From Octopus sinensis (Eukaryota): DNA of 64,000 nucleotides. Shown here piece after piece: positions 24,641 through 37,994 of the stretch. The notes beneath the pieces are model-generated. The model was given only the letters and a program-made list of their open reading frames with translations. It was not told where the DNA came from and did no database searches. The stretch spans positions 62,930,001-62,994,000 of the forward strand of contig NC_043001.1 in assembly GCF_006345805.1 (NCBI RefSeq). Reading direction: 5' to 3'. Position 1 is the first letter of the stretch. Every line of letters starts with the position of its first letter. The translations under genes and the position numbers were made by a program.

Positions 24641-25028
24641 ATTAAGGAACGGCCATAATAGGCCGTTCAACCCACTAGAAATAGCAGCCAAGGCTTCAAC
24701 CGCAAAACAATATTAATTCCGTAAACCAGGAGAAAATTTAAAAAAACATTTACCCTGTAATACTTTATACAATGTATACGTTTTTTTTTTTTTTTTTTGA
24801 GTTTTGCTTTTCGAATCGTCTGCGTTGTCGCTGAATGACTACTGCCTGTTGAGTGAGTTCGTTGCCGTTTGTGTGTTTTGTCTGGTTGTGTATTATTATT
24901 GAACTGTTGTTGAATTGCAGTAGTTTTTGCCCTACGGGGCAGAAAATAGTTTATATTTGTTTTAAAACAAAGAAATTCTCATATTATTATTATTCATGTT
25001 GTTGTCACTTGTGACGACGGCGTTCGAA

Positions 25029-26478
25029 ATGGAGTTGAATTTGACGTCTAACAATGATTTTCCCGTGACGGGACAGGCCAGCAACAATGTAAACACGAAG
25101 AAAAGCCTGGATAGGCAAAGTTTTTCTGAAGCCGTGAACGGCAGCATGATTGAGTTGGAAGTGACTATGGATAAGCTCGTCCAATTCAGGAAATTCATAC
25201 AAAAGTCGAAGGATGAAATATACATACATTGAGTGCTATTCGCGAGAAAATTGTTGTCTACAAGATATATAATTTAAAGGAGAAAAAAATCAGCGAGGAA
25301 AAAAATGAAGTTATTGAACGGTGCTTGGCACCAATATGGAATAAAATACGCTACATTAGCCGAGGAGTGAGAAGCGCAACAGTGGAAGTTCACTTCGAAT
25401 CGGCTAGCGTAGCAAAGGAAGTTTCTACCCAAACGTTGAAAAACGATATAATTATGTTACTACCCTCTTACTTGGGCAGAAGAACAGCCAAAATAACTGT
25501 GCAAGACATTCCGGTTGGTTTCGATGTGATGTGGGTGGCGGAGGCTGTGTTCTTTGACGTGGAACAAAAAATTACTATAATGAGTATGAGGACAAAAAAA
25601 GAACCGGATTATTGGAAAGGACAAATTGTGGAAATGGTTGTCCAAGCAGATAACACAACACTCGAGAATTTGCCAGACAGGGTTTTCGTGGGGGAGGGGC
25701 ACACCGTCCGTGTAGCGGTGGAGGGACGTAGGCCTAGGTGCTTCAAGTGCGGGCAAAAGGGCCACGTTCGCTCCGCCTGTACTGTGAAAAAAACGGGTGA
25801 CGCCCCTCCTCCAAGCGCTGTGAAAATCACAGAAGAGAAAAATACAAAAGAAACCAAAGAAAAAAAACAAAACGAATACGAAAAGGAGGAAAATAAAAAA
25901 GAAAAACAAAAAGAAGAGGAAGATAAACAAACAGAAGCTGAAGGGATGGAATACACATCTGTTACAAATAAGAGGAAAAAAACCCATACCCCGGACTCTC
26001 CACCCCAAACAAAAAAAAAAGCAATACAGACGAACAAAATTAAAAAAAAATTCCCCAACCCCACCCCAATGGCACTACTTTAATCGGCCAGCGATTCGCC
26101 ATACCCCACCCCCCAACAGTGAAAGGTTTAAAGAAAACGGACAAAATTGTAATATTCAACGCGAAAAACGAGAAGGTAGCTCGTTTAATCAAAGCCCACC
26201 CGAGAATAAAAATGTTTAAAAGTAACGACAATGAAACTGATTTCCGTTACGCGAAGGTCGGTGAGGAAGAGTGGAAAGAGAAGTTCCTCCAAGACCACGT
26301 TAACGAGAAACAACTAATAGACGTTACTCATGACGTGATAGCAGGCAAGCTAATCGTCAACCCGGCAGCCACTCCTACCCAGAGCCCGGTGGCAAGTCCG
26401 AGAAAGAGCCCAGCTGAAGTGGAAGGCGTGAGGGAAGCTGGCAAACGAAAAGTGCCATGCTCCCTCTCGCAACCGTAA
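25029..26478 (+). pseudogene. Tx1 ORF1 (gag-like, zinc knuckle), two frameshifts
   Basis: CFKCGQKGHVRSAC (CX2CX4HX4C); split across ORFs 24996-25232, 25229-26083 and 26119-26478 in different frames. Confidence 0.75.
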
Positions 26479-26503
26479 GGGACTTTTTTATAAAATTTTT
26501 TCA

Positions 26504-29500
26504 ATGATTAAGTTGGGTAGTTTGAATGTGCGTGGAATGGGGTCGAAATGGAAACAGGCTTGTTTGCTGGACGACCTCATTTCACATAGAATAGATGTGG
26601 CTGTGATAACCGAGTCCAAGATGAAGGGAACTAAAGCGTTCTCGCCCCTCCTCAACGGTTACGAGAAATTTACTTCTACGAGACCGGGGGGAGGTGCAGG
26701 CGTGGCAGTCCTGATCAGGAAGAACTTGGACTTACAGATAAGTACCGTCTTTCTGGACCCAGAAGGCAGGCTGGTTGTCCTAGATGTAACACACGAAAGT
26801 AAGCAGTCCTTCAGGTTGGTAGCTGTCTATGCTCCTTATGGGCAGGGACAGTTGGGTTTTTTTCGGAACCTGGAGTACTTTCTGTTGTCGTCTAAAACGT
26901 TAGTTTTGTTAGGGGACTTCAACACTATCCTCGATGCGCGGGTCGATGGTGTAGGCTCCGCCAATAGGAAGGGGAATCCTTGCCTCAAAAGTCTACTAGA
27001 CAGCTTTAATCTAGTAGACCGCTACCGACTGGATGAGCCGAACGTTCTACAGTGGACGTGGAGTACTAACGACGGCTCGTGCAGATCGTACATAGATAGA
27101 ATTTTCGTCAAGGAAAGAGATAAGCATAGCTTTAGCTGTCCACAATTTTGTATTGTGCCTTACACGGATCACAAACTAGTGACGTGTGAGGTACGTGTAG
27201 ATAAGTGTCATAGACAGGGACCCGGTTATTGGAAAATGAACAAGTCCATTTTGGCTTGTGAAACTTTCCGTAACCGGATTAAGGAGATAGTGCAGAGAGC
27301 ATTATGTGGCACCATCATTAATAATAGGTGGTGGCACGCCCTCAAGAGAGCCATCCGTCTTGAGTCCATTAGATTTAGCAGGCAGCTAAGTTTAGATAGG
27401 ACTAGAATAGAGGGTGACTTAGTTAAGAGTCTAGATGAGGCAATGGAATCTGGCTCCACATCCAGAGTGTCGGCAGCGAGAACGGTCTTGTACCGTCACC
27501 TCAATGCCAAACACGAAGGGTGCCGAGTCAGAGCTAAGTTACGCGCTGGGAAACGAGAGGGTATCAACGTAGCCAGATGGGCACGTCGTGTGGAGAGTCA
27601 GAAGGGCAAGAAGTCCTGTATTAAGTCTTTAACTGACGAGCAGGGACGCAAGATCTATGGACAGGAGGAGATGCAAAAAGCTTTTCACCAGCATTTCGCT
27701 CGGGTGTTTGGAGGGAGCGGTCCGCTAGAGCGCGGGGAGCCCTTAAGGGACTTCCTAGCTGGCGGGCCTCGACTCTCGGCACGAGAGGCTGAATGCTGTG
27801 AAGGCCTGATCACTCCCGCAGAGGTAACAGGGGTACTGGCCGAATGCGCTGGAGAAAGGTCTCCGGGACTGGATGGTCTGCCCTACGAGTTTTATCGTTC
27901 GATGCCGGACTTGTTTGGAGACGTTCTGGCAAGCGTCTATGCAAACTGGCAGCAGAACGGGAGAATTCCCAGTACTGTAAGCCGGGGAGTCGTGACGCTG
28001 ATCCAGAAAGACCCAAACAAGGGGGATAACATCAGTAACTACAGGCCCATAACTCTGCTTAACGTAGAGTTAAAGATTTTGGCCAAGGTGCTAGCGAAAA
28101 GATTGACGGTTGTCGTGGAGAAGCTTGTCGGGAGGGCACAGACTTGTGCAATCCCAGGCAGGTCGATCCAGGACAATCTTCATCTTCTCCGCTACACCTT
28201 AGAGAGGGTAGAGAAAATAGCCGGCAAAAGAGGTGGGATATTGGACCAAAGTAAAGCGTTCGATAGGGTGGACCACCGGTACCTGGGGGCTGTCCTCGAA
28301 GCGGCTGGGCTAGGCCCTGGTTTTCGCGGGTGGATCGACGCAATGTATAGCGGCATCAAATCCACCGTCCAGATAAACGGTTACCTAACGGAGCCGTTTT
28401 CGATTGAGCGGTCTGTTCGTCAAGGGTGTCCCTTGTCTCCGATTCTGTATGTTTTGGCCCTGGAGCCATTGCTGAGGAGGCTGGAGAAGTTAGGCGGCAA
28501 CCCTAATGAGATTGGATGCGGTAGGTTCACTTCTGCTTATGCGGACGACGTCACTCTCATCGTATCCGACGAAGCACAACTAACTCGTGTAGAAGATGCT
28601 CTCCGGAGATACGAAGCGGTGGCAGGGGCAAAAGTTAACAAGGACAAGTCCATAGGTTTGCGCCTCGGCACCTGGAGGAACAAGCCGATATCGTCCAGTG
28701 TCGTCGGACACTGGACAGATGGTCCTGTTAAGTTGCTTGGAGTTTGGTTTGGTTCAGACTCCCAGACGGAGAAGAATTGGAGTGAGGTAGTGGACAAGGT
28801 GGAAGCCGTAGTACGGAAGTGGTCCGGAAGGTTTCTGTCCTTGAAGGGTAGAGCGGAGGTGGTGCAGATGTTTATAGCATCTGTAATCACCTACCGCCTG
28901 TCCGTAGTGCCTTGTCCCGATTTGTGGCTAAACAAGCTGGTGTAACTCCTCTTCCGCTTTTTGTGGAGGGGGAGAAATCCACTTGTGAGGCGCTCTGTGT
29001 GCTGCCAGGAACCGCTAAAGGGTGGCTTGGGGATGCCATGGCTAATGATGCGCAGACATGCGTTGAGGCTGAGACATCTCTGGTGCCACCTGGAGGGTGA
29101 TAAGGTGTGGAGTCCGTTGGCGAAGGAGTTCTTGCCGCGACTGGCCTCGCTGGAAAGATTTAAACCAGGTCTCATTAAAAGAAGTAAGCTGACTTTATGG
29201 CAGAAGGAGTGTCGTCAGGCACTCTGGCTAATCCACAAAATGGGCAAGGCTGGCTGCGGGAATACCACCTCGGTATTCTATAGAAGGCTAGTGGAAGGCA
29301 AAAACGATGACATCCTAGGAGGGGCTCTGGGGTTCGACGAGGACCAACTTACCAACCTGTTTCAGAAAACCTTCAAGCCGGAGTATTTGGATAATTTCCA
29401 AAAATCTCTGACTTGGCAGTGTTACAGGAATGCTTTACCTGTTCGCGAAAAATTGTCTAAGTACGGTTTAGGAATACCCTCGACATGTCCAAGATGCGGG

Positions 29501-29887
29501 CAGGACAGTGAAACTGTCCACCACGCTTTTGTACATTGTCAGCAGCTTTCCAACTTGATAGTTTACGTAGAACACGTGTTGTCGCATCTGGGACGAGTAC
29601 AGCTGTCGGTTGGATCTATGATAAAGATGATACCGCCAACTGGACTCCCGAAGGAAAGTAAGGCTTGTTTCTTCTGCACGGTAGCAGTGTTGAAAGAGTG
29701 TATATGGAGGACAAGAATGGAAGGTTTTGTGACAGGATCCTATATATCCGGCCCTGGTTTGCTGCTTTACTTTAGATACCATCTGAAGAGCAAGATAGGG
29801 CTGGAAAAGAGGATCCTGTCAACTAGAGTATATGAACAAAGATGGAAGGAAGTGGTGAAAAAGGTGGGTGCAACTTACCCAAATTGA
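26504..29887 (+). pseudogene. Tx1 ORF2 (AP endonuclease - reverse transcriptase - zf-RVT), one in-frame stop
   Basis: SLNVRG, GDFN, TDH (EN); LDQSKAFDRV, VRQGCPLSP, YADD (RT); CPRCG...HAFVHC. ORFs 26504-28945 and 28961-29887 share a frame, separated by TAA at 28943-28945. Confidence 0.93.
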
Positions 29888-30212
29888 TCATCGAGGAAAT
29901 AAAAAAGTAATCTGCTGGGCCTTATAGGCTGCTGGCTTGAAAAAGTTTTTTTTTTTTTTTTTCCTCCTCTATTATTCTTCTTCTCTATTATTCTTCTTCT
30001 CTATTATTCTTCTTCTTTTTAAAGCTTAAGTTCAAGTAATCGTAAAAGTCAAATTCTTGTAAATTATTTATACTTTGTATATAATAATCGAAAATTTTTT
30101 ATACAACACGAACTCATTCATTCTATGTAATTGTTTGTCCTGTGCCGTCCCCATTTCTGTGTAAGATCCTTAGTGACTGTAATAAAGATTTCCATCGCTA
30201 CCTGGTGGTTGC

Positions 30213-30255
30213 CGCCCGTTGACGAGGGACAAACATCCCGAAACTAGTTCAAGCG
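30213..30255 (+). ncRNA. Degenerate type I hammerhead just 3' of the Tx1 element
   Basis: CGCCCG|TTGACGA|GGGA CAAACA TCCC|GAAAC TA GTT|CAAGCG: perfect stem II, C3U, stem I 4/6 paired. Confidence 0.55.
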
Positions 30256-30663
30256 TATCACTCAGGCCTGCGAGGAAGGAATGGCCTCCCTTTGCAAATA
30301 CTCCAAAGACACAGATATTGTGTTTAGAGCCAGCTAGAGACGAAGATCTCTTGGGGCTATAAAGCTACAGTAACAACCCCCTCCCCTATGTGGTTAGCCA
30401 TGATAAGATGGCTTCTATACTTTACATTATCGAGCGATTACTGTTTCAATCTCATTCTGAGATTTAATTATGCTATGTATATATACATGTATAGAAATGG
30501 CAAACCCAGGTGGCCATCTAGGTTTGCCATTTCTAAAAGCCAAGAATCACTTCCTATTGAAAGAACTGACCAGCTGCAAAGATGTCAACACATTTTTTTC
30601 TTCTTTCTCTCTTCCTTCTTCCTTTCCTTCTCTTTTCCATTGACACCCTTTTCAGATACAAAA

Positions 30664-30703
<40 letters not shown>

Positions 30704-30794
30704 ATGTACTCTCTCTCACTTTCTCCCCATTCCTCACTTTATTGTACTATCTTATATCTCTCTCCACCTCTACACACTCAATAATACTACTACA

Positions 30795-31437
30795 GCCTTG
30801 GGCTGACCAAAGCCTTGTGAGTGGATTTGGTAGATAGAAACTCAAAGAAGCCCATCGTATATCTCTCTCTATATAAACGGCAGTTTGTCTGTGTGTGTTT
30901 CTGTGTGTCTGTTTGGTTGTACCCTCACTCTGACCACGGCTTTCAACCGATTATGATGAAACTTGACACACACATAGCCCAATGTCATAATTCAAAACTA
31001 ACGCAGCGAAAATTTTGAAAAGTTCCCCCAGTTCTGAAAAAAATCGATAAATTCGACATGGGGTCGAGAATCAGAAACACAAACCACAGACTGTCTAGGG
31101 GACGCAACTCCACCTTTTTAACTCTAAAAAAAATTTACCATCATTTTTTTCCCCATTTTTTTGCTATATTTTGGCTATAACTATCTAAAACTGCTTTATA
31201 GTTATTTCCCTTACAAACCCGAGCAACGCCGGGCGATACTGCTAGTATGTATATATATATGTGTGTGTATGTCTGTCTGTGTTTGTTCCCCTAGCATTGC
31301 TTGACAACCAATGCTGGTGTGTTTATGTCCCCGTCACTCAGCAGTTCGGCAAAAGAGACTGATAAAATAAGTACTGGGCTTACAAAGAATAAGTCCTGGG
31401 GTCAATTTGCTCAACTAAAGGTGGTGCTCCAGCTAGC
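30795..31437 (+). mobile_element. SINE (5'-truncated) interrupted by a Helitron
   Basis: 30795-30861 and 31246-31437 join to give the 3860-4240 SINE family. Confidence 0.8.
30862..31245 (+). mobile_element. Non-autonomous Helitron
   Basis: 5' TC, subterminal hairpin cccg-agcaacgc-cggg, 3' CTAG; inserted between A (30861) and T (31246), no TSD. Confidence 0.85.
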
Positions 31438-33239
31438 ACATTTAGTTTTCAATTGTTTTCCATTGCTTGTGCAAGGAGAGGAATTGCAACAAGGAAATAA
31501 ATACAATTATCTTGTTCAAGAATGTTCTAGGTATTACAAACAACGGCAAGTTTCACAAAACTAGTTCAGTTGCCGTTTTTTCAAGTTTCATTTTGTTTCT
31601 GTTGTCAGCTTGTTCCTTCCTCCTGTTGAAGTGGTATTGGTGATTTGGAGAAAGTGGAACCACTTGACATGGCACCCATTTCATTTTAAGATTATATTTT
31701 TTTCTCTTAGGTTAACTTTAGGCATTACAGTTTTAAACTCTTTTACACGCATATTGTTCTTGGAAATACCATTTCAATTAATTTGGAAAATTATTTATTA
31801 TTAATTTTTGATGTTTCAAACAACTTCACAAAAAAGGTTCTTGCCTAAAATTATGATGTAAGGATTTAGTTTAAATCTTAATGCTATATTTTGGATAGAT
31901 TTGAATTGTAAGTCCTGTTGGTAGTGGTGTGAAGGTGGTTAAAATGAACTTACATAAAAATTTAAAAATTCATTGCTTGTTTCAACTAATTTTGAAAATA
32001 AGGAATTTAGTAAAATTATGTTTATTATTAAGCTGGGGTTTGGAACATAGGTTAACATATTTTTAATTAAGATCACTTTCAAACATAGTTTATACTGGGT
32101 AGGTCAATTTCCTTTCAATTAAAAAGTAGACTATTTTTGTTTTTTGTGACTTGTAAATTATTTTGGTCCAAAACAGTAAAATTTTATTATTTTTGTGTAT
32201 ATGTAGTGTGTATGTGTTTATTTTCTCAACAAAAGTTATTAGCTTTGATATGAACACTGGTAAAATTGTTTATATTCTGTCTTGTGATGGGTCACTGACT
32301 ATCATAGTGTCACTATGGTAGACAAGCTGGTATTGCATTCTAATGAAGACAATATAATGGATTGAAGTTTATAAAGCAAAGTACTTACTTCCTTTACATT
32401 AAGATGAATTTTAAGTTGCCTTTTTTTTTGTTTTTGGTTTTACAATTCTCTCATTGTTTTCTAACATCTACTTATGACATTTCTGTTATTTTTACTTATA
32501 AACTGTGAAAATATGGTTAGTTAGGTATTGTGAGACAATGTTTAAGAGTGTGACCTTTTGTAGCTCACATTTTCAAACCTGTGAGGTTAATAATATGGTT
32601 GACAATTTTCTTTCAAGGTATCTAAAGGCTGGGTCCTGTTGTGTTTGACACCTATCACCTACTAGTGATCAGGTTGACCTGTGTTAGACCTTATTTTACA
32701 AAAGACATAATCAGTACAATGATGTATATATATGAATGTTTCTTTACAAATTGACATCTATTTCATGCAAATTTCTGCTGTTTACTTATATTTCTTTGAC
32801 TTAATCTATGAGCCAACTTAGGATTCTGACCTATCAGAAATAGCAGCTAACTCTGTCTTAAATTGTACAGTTTTAATAAAGAGGTAAATGAGGTATTAGA
32901 GGATGTAGCCTGGGTACCTTATGACTTGAGAAAACCCCCACAAAAAGACAAACTGGTAAGGCCCTGGTTAAAACAGTTGATCATAAAACTGAGTTTAAAT
33001 TATTTCTGGTCATAGCGATGTGGTTAATGGTCACCCTCCTTGCATCTTACCTCACCAACCATACTGATAATCATACCAGTAAGCTTTGTTATTGGAAGAG
33101 AGTATCAAATTCTCAGGTTTCAGCTCAGTTGCCTTGTCCATGATCTGAGAAAGATCTCAGTAATAGGCCGTAATAGTTAAGTTAGGGTTGACATATTTAA
33201 TGTAATGAACATGCACATACACACACATGCACACAAGCA

Positions 33240-33240
33240 T

Positions 33241-33302
<62 letters not shown>
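33240..33302. repeat. (CA)n microsatellite
   Basis: Direct reading; another at ~35205-35280. Confidence 0.9.
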
Positions 33303-33307
<5 letters not shown>

Positions 33308-34316
33308 TAAATTATGTGGTAAGGAAAAACAGTCAGTTCATCTTTCAGCAAAAATGAGAATCAGTTTTGGACATGTTTTGATTGTATTAACTCTCTGTAA
33401 TAGAATTTTCTGTATATCTAGGAAACATATCATCTGGGTTGTATTGTACTTTATATTTTGGTTAGGATATGAATGAATATGAGTTTTATTGACAAAAATA
33501 ACAATAGGAGTAGATTACCTAGTATTTAATTTAAAGCTTCTTGTATTGTTGTTCACTATATAATTGTTAATGAAGGTAGTTTATTAGTTACTTCTGCAAA
33601 GTAAAAGTAGCTGTAGAATTGAATATTTTCATGACCACTGCATGCAAACTGTCTAGCAATATTTAGTTGTTAATTTTATTCTCCTTCCATCACTCACTCT
33701 CTCATATATATATATACATACACACACACACATACATATATATTTCTCATCATGTCCACATGTGGCTAAATATTTGTTGTTTACAGATAGGACTTGCTTT
33801 TTATATTGTGTCCACGTACAAGCTTTTTATCTCCCTATACTTTTTACTTATATTTCTTATATTTCTTATATATTTTTTATATATATTTTTTACATATTTA
33901 TAGAGATATTGTTTTATAGTTTTATTGCTCATATTTTTTACACATATTTTTTCTGTATTTTACCTTCCACCATGCATTTTTCCTGCACGTATATAGACGT
34001 GTATATGGAATTTTTTGTGCATGCATGTGGATGTGTGCATGTGTGTGGGTATGTGCATATATAGATGCGTGTGTGTGTGAACGTGTGTGTGTGTATATGT
34101 ATAAATTATTTTTGGTGAATGTGTGTGTTTTAGGCGAGGGTGGCTGAACATAAGCATATGTATGTGGGTGTGCATGTGCACATGTGTATGTATGGCATGC
34201 GTGCATACGCATTTGCTATGAACATATTTACTCCTTTACTTTTTATTCTTATTGCTTATTTTTTGCACTTTTTTTCACAATTTTCTGTATTTTGCTTTTA
34301 ACCCTGTTTTTTCTTC

Positions 34317-34354
<38 letters not shown>

Positions 34355-35226
34355 CGGGTATGTATATATTTTTGGCGAATGTCTGGGAGAGCATGTGTGT
34401 GTTTCAAGTGAGGGTGGATGAGTATATACATATAGGCACATGTACGAGTGTGCGAGTGCACATGTGTATGTATGGACATGTGCACTTACGCGATTGCTAT
34501 GAACATTTTTACTACCTTACCTTTACTCCCTCTCCTTACTTAGCGGTTATTCTAATAGCTTTTTTGTCTTAATAACGGTAATTTCCCTTTGTTTAACGGT
34601 CATTTTCATAGCATTCTTTTGATGGCCCAATAACTGAGAGATGCTGGCATGGGTTTCTGCTCTAACATCTGAAACTTGGAATTTATCATGGCTACCGAAT
34701 AATTGTCACACATTATATTTACAGATAGATTCCTCTATTTACATAATATTGAGGTCTCTTTCATTCTTTTGTCTTACCATTTCTATCAATATATATATAA
34801 ATAGGAAGGGAGAGGATATAACATGATTTGAGATGGTAGAAAGGCAGGCACTTGGTAGTGTAATCTATATTGCTATTGCCTTGCTAAAAAATAGAGACAT
34901 GGTTCAAATCACATCAGTTCTTTTACTCAAATTAGTTTCACTTTTAAATTCATAGATTTTCCATAGAATTCAGATCCAGCACTGCAAATTACAATGTTTT
35001 GTAAACAAATACATGTAAGTAAACAATGTAATTGGAATTAAAATAATAGGTAATGGGTGTATAAGCATATTTCAAGAATTATTGTTCTTTCATCAGCACC
35101 ACATCCAACCATCAGCAATCTAAAACCACATTGCTTAAGTTTAGCCATGTAGCACAATTGGATAGACCAAATTAGTTTATGCTGTTTAAGACTGTGTTAT
35201 GCGTGCACACACACACACACACACAC

Positions 35227-35281
<55 letters not shown>

Positions 35282-35725
35282 TCTCTCTCTCTAACACACA
35301 CACTCACAAAACAATAGTTTTAAAATTTCTGTATCAATATTTCAGTGTTTTTCTTTTTTGAAAACAGTATTTGAACTACTATAATTTTATATTTTCAACT
35401 TTTAAATTAACAAATGTAATATTGCCTCTCTCTTTTTTCTTTCTGTTTTCTGTGGAAAAAACAACCTCCTCTCTCTTTTCTCCTCCCAAGACATGTGTTG
35501 GATTTTTCTGTTTTGTTTCATCATTTTGCACTGTTAATTTTATATTTCTATAATAATAATAATAATAATAATGCTTACAAATTTTGTCTCAAAGCTATCT
35601 GTTCTGGGGAGGGATAAGTTCATAGGATGAAAGGCAAAGTTGAACTCAAGATGTAAAGATGGAAGAAATTCCACCAAGCATTTTGCCTGATGTTCTAACA
35701 ATTCTGCTATCTCATAGCCTTAATA

Positions 35726-35762
<37 letters not shown>

Positions 35763-36294
35763 CATTTCAGGCATTTGTTAAAAATTAGATGGTTAGACTA
35801 GTGTTTGACATTTTGAAATCAGTGGAATATATTCATTGTAAATTTGCAAGACTTTGAAAGTGGAACAACTGTTTGTGAATGATTGTGATGCATCAAGCTT
35901 TTGATCATCTATAATAGTGATGTGTTTTAAAGGCACCTATTTTTAAATGAACAGAGGCTTAGAAACCATTTCATTTGAAGTGGAACCATCAGAGCTGGTT
36001 TGTTGTATGACAAATACCATTATTCAGCATAAAAATTGCTTTGAATATCCAAGTGTGTATATGTGTGTGAGAGAGAGAGAGATGGGGTGGAGGTTAATGA
36101 ATGATAGAGTAATTATAGTATGTGGAAAACCGTTATAGATGATTGCTTGGCTTAAAAATCAGCAATGAGAAATGTGTTGAATATGGTTGCATATAGGTGT
36201 GATAGGCATAGAAGGAAAATAAGTAAAACTGTGTGCAACTAAATCGAGTCCAAAGAACAATGAATAATTAAAATGGGTGGCTTTTTTATTATTG

Positions 36295-36325
<31 letters not shown>

Positions 36326-36840
36326 CATAGACGCACGCACACACACACATGTATGTATGTATGTGTAAAACATACAATAGCTGGTATAAATTACCAGGAA
36401 TGTTAGCAGTCTTTAAAGAGAGAGTGAGAGAGACTATATGAAATTCCAGCATACTTTGAAACATAATATCTACATCATATAATAACTCTACTGCATTACT
36501 TATATTTTACAGTATAACACAACTATGTTCCAGTGTGTATAGTTCTAGCATCATTATAATCATCTGTCATTTAAAGTCTTTTTTTTTTTGCTTTATATTT
36601 CTGTGCTTCTGTAGAAATGATGGTTGACTGACTGTTTCTCTTAATGTCATCCACATAATATGGAAAGAGCAGGTGACAGTTATAGAGAGACAGGTGACAT
36701 GTAGAGGGGAAAGTAGTAAAAGAGAAAGGACACTTTTTGACTAGTCTCTCTCCCTATTACTTCTACTTCTCTTCCATCACCTTGGCTCCCCCCTTTCAAT
36801 CCAGATATCCTTTTTAATCTTCCTTACCAACTATCAATAT

Positions 36841-37886
36841 GTAGCTGCTTATCACTGTCTTTTTCATTCATTACTACTTTATCATTCTTTTAATCCTCAT
36901 ACTTGCTCTGTTTGCCTCAATTCTTTCTCCTTCATGTCATATTGTTTTGAACACATGGTGACTGTATAGAAAGGACTCTTTAAACTTGCCAGGGACAGCA
37001 ACATCTCTAGTGATGATTTATGACAAGATGAATCTGGTACACTCTGTAAGGGGTTGGAGATAAGAAGGGCATCCGACTATAGAAACCATGCTAAGGAAAA
37101 AACAACATACAAGTGAGATGTGGCTCCTGACCCATCTAATGGGAGTAGTAACTCTAAAGAAGAACTGACTCAGATTGTAATGACCTGTTTAACCCATGCC
37201 AATAAATAAACTGGATGTAAACTGATAATGCTGATGGTGTATGATTCTTGTGTTTGAAGTGTAATGTTGCATGGTAATCAAATGTGGGCATTGAAATGGA
37301 AAATGTGAGGACGTTGGAAAGAAATGAAGTGAGCATTTTCTGTGAGTCATATAGTATCAGTGTGTAGCTGCTTATCACTGTCTTTTTCATTCATTACTAC
37401 TTTATCATTCTTTTAATCCTCATACTTGCTCTGTTTGCCTCAATTCTTTCTCCTTCATGTCATATTGTTTTGAACACATGGTGACTGTATAGAAAGGACT
37501 CTTTAAACTTGCCAGGGACAGCAACATCTCTAGTGATGATTTATGACAAGATGAATCTGGTACACTCTGTAAGGGGTTGGAGATAAGAAGGGCATCCGAC
37601 TATAGAAACCATGCTAAGGAAAAAACAACATACAAGTGAGATGTGGCTCCTGACCCATCTAATGGGAGTAGTAACTCTAAAGAAGAACTGACTCAGATTG
37701 TAATGACCTGTTTAACCCATGCCAATAAATAAACTGGATGTAAACTGATAATGCTGATGGTGTATGATTCTTGTGTTTGAAGTGTAATGTTGCATGGTAA
37801 TCAAATGTGGGCATTGAAATGGAAAATGTGAGGACGTTGGAAAGAAATGAAGTGAGCATTTTCTGTGAGTCATATAGTATCAGTGT
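36841..37886. repeat. Tandem duplication of a 523-bp unique-looking segment
   Basis: 36841-37363 repeated at 37364-37886; no differences seen by eye. Confidence 0.93.
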
Positions 37887-37994
37887 GTACAAACAATGTG
37901 GCATAGATAAACTAAAAGATAAACTAGGTATGAGAGGAATGAAATGTTGTATGCAAGAGAAGTTGCAATAAATTAAATAAACATTAAATTGACT

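Larger units (their letters stand above)
24799..30190 (+). mobile_element. Near full-length Tx1/L1-clade LINE (5'UTR, ORF1, ORF2, 3'UTR)
   Basis: ORF1 with CCHC knuckle, ORF2 EN-RT-zf, T-rich 3'UTR with (ctctattattcttctt)x3 and AATAAA at 30181. Confidence 0.92.

Noticed and set aside
31590-31700. Possible exons near 31610, 62510 and 63665
   Set aside because: AG acceptors with short open frames but no convincing donor or recognisable peptide.
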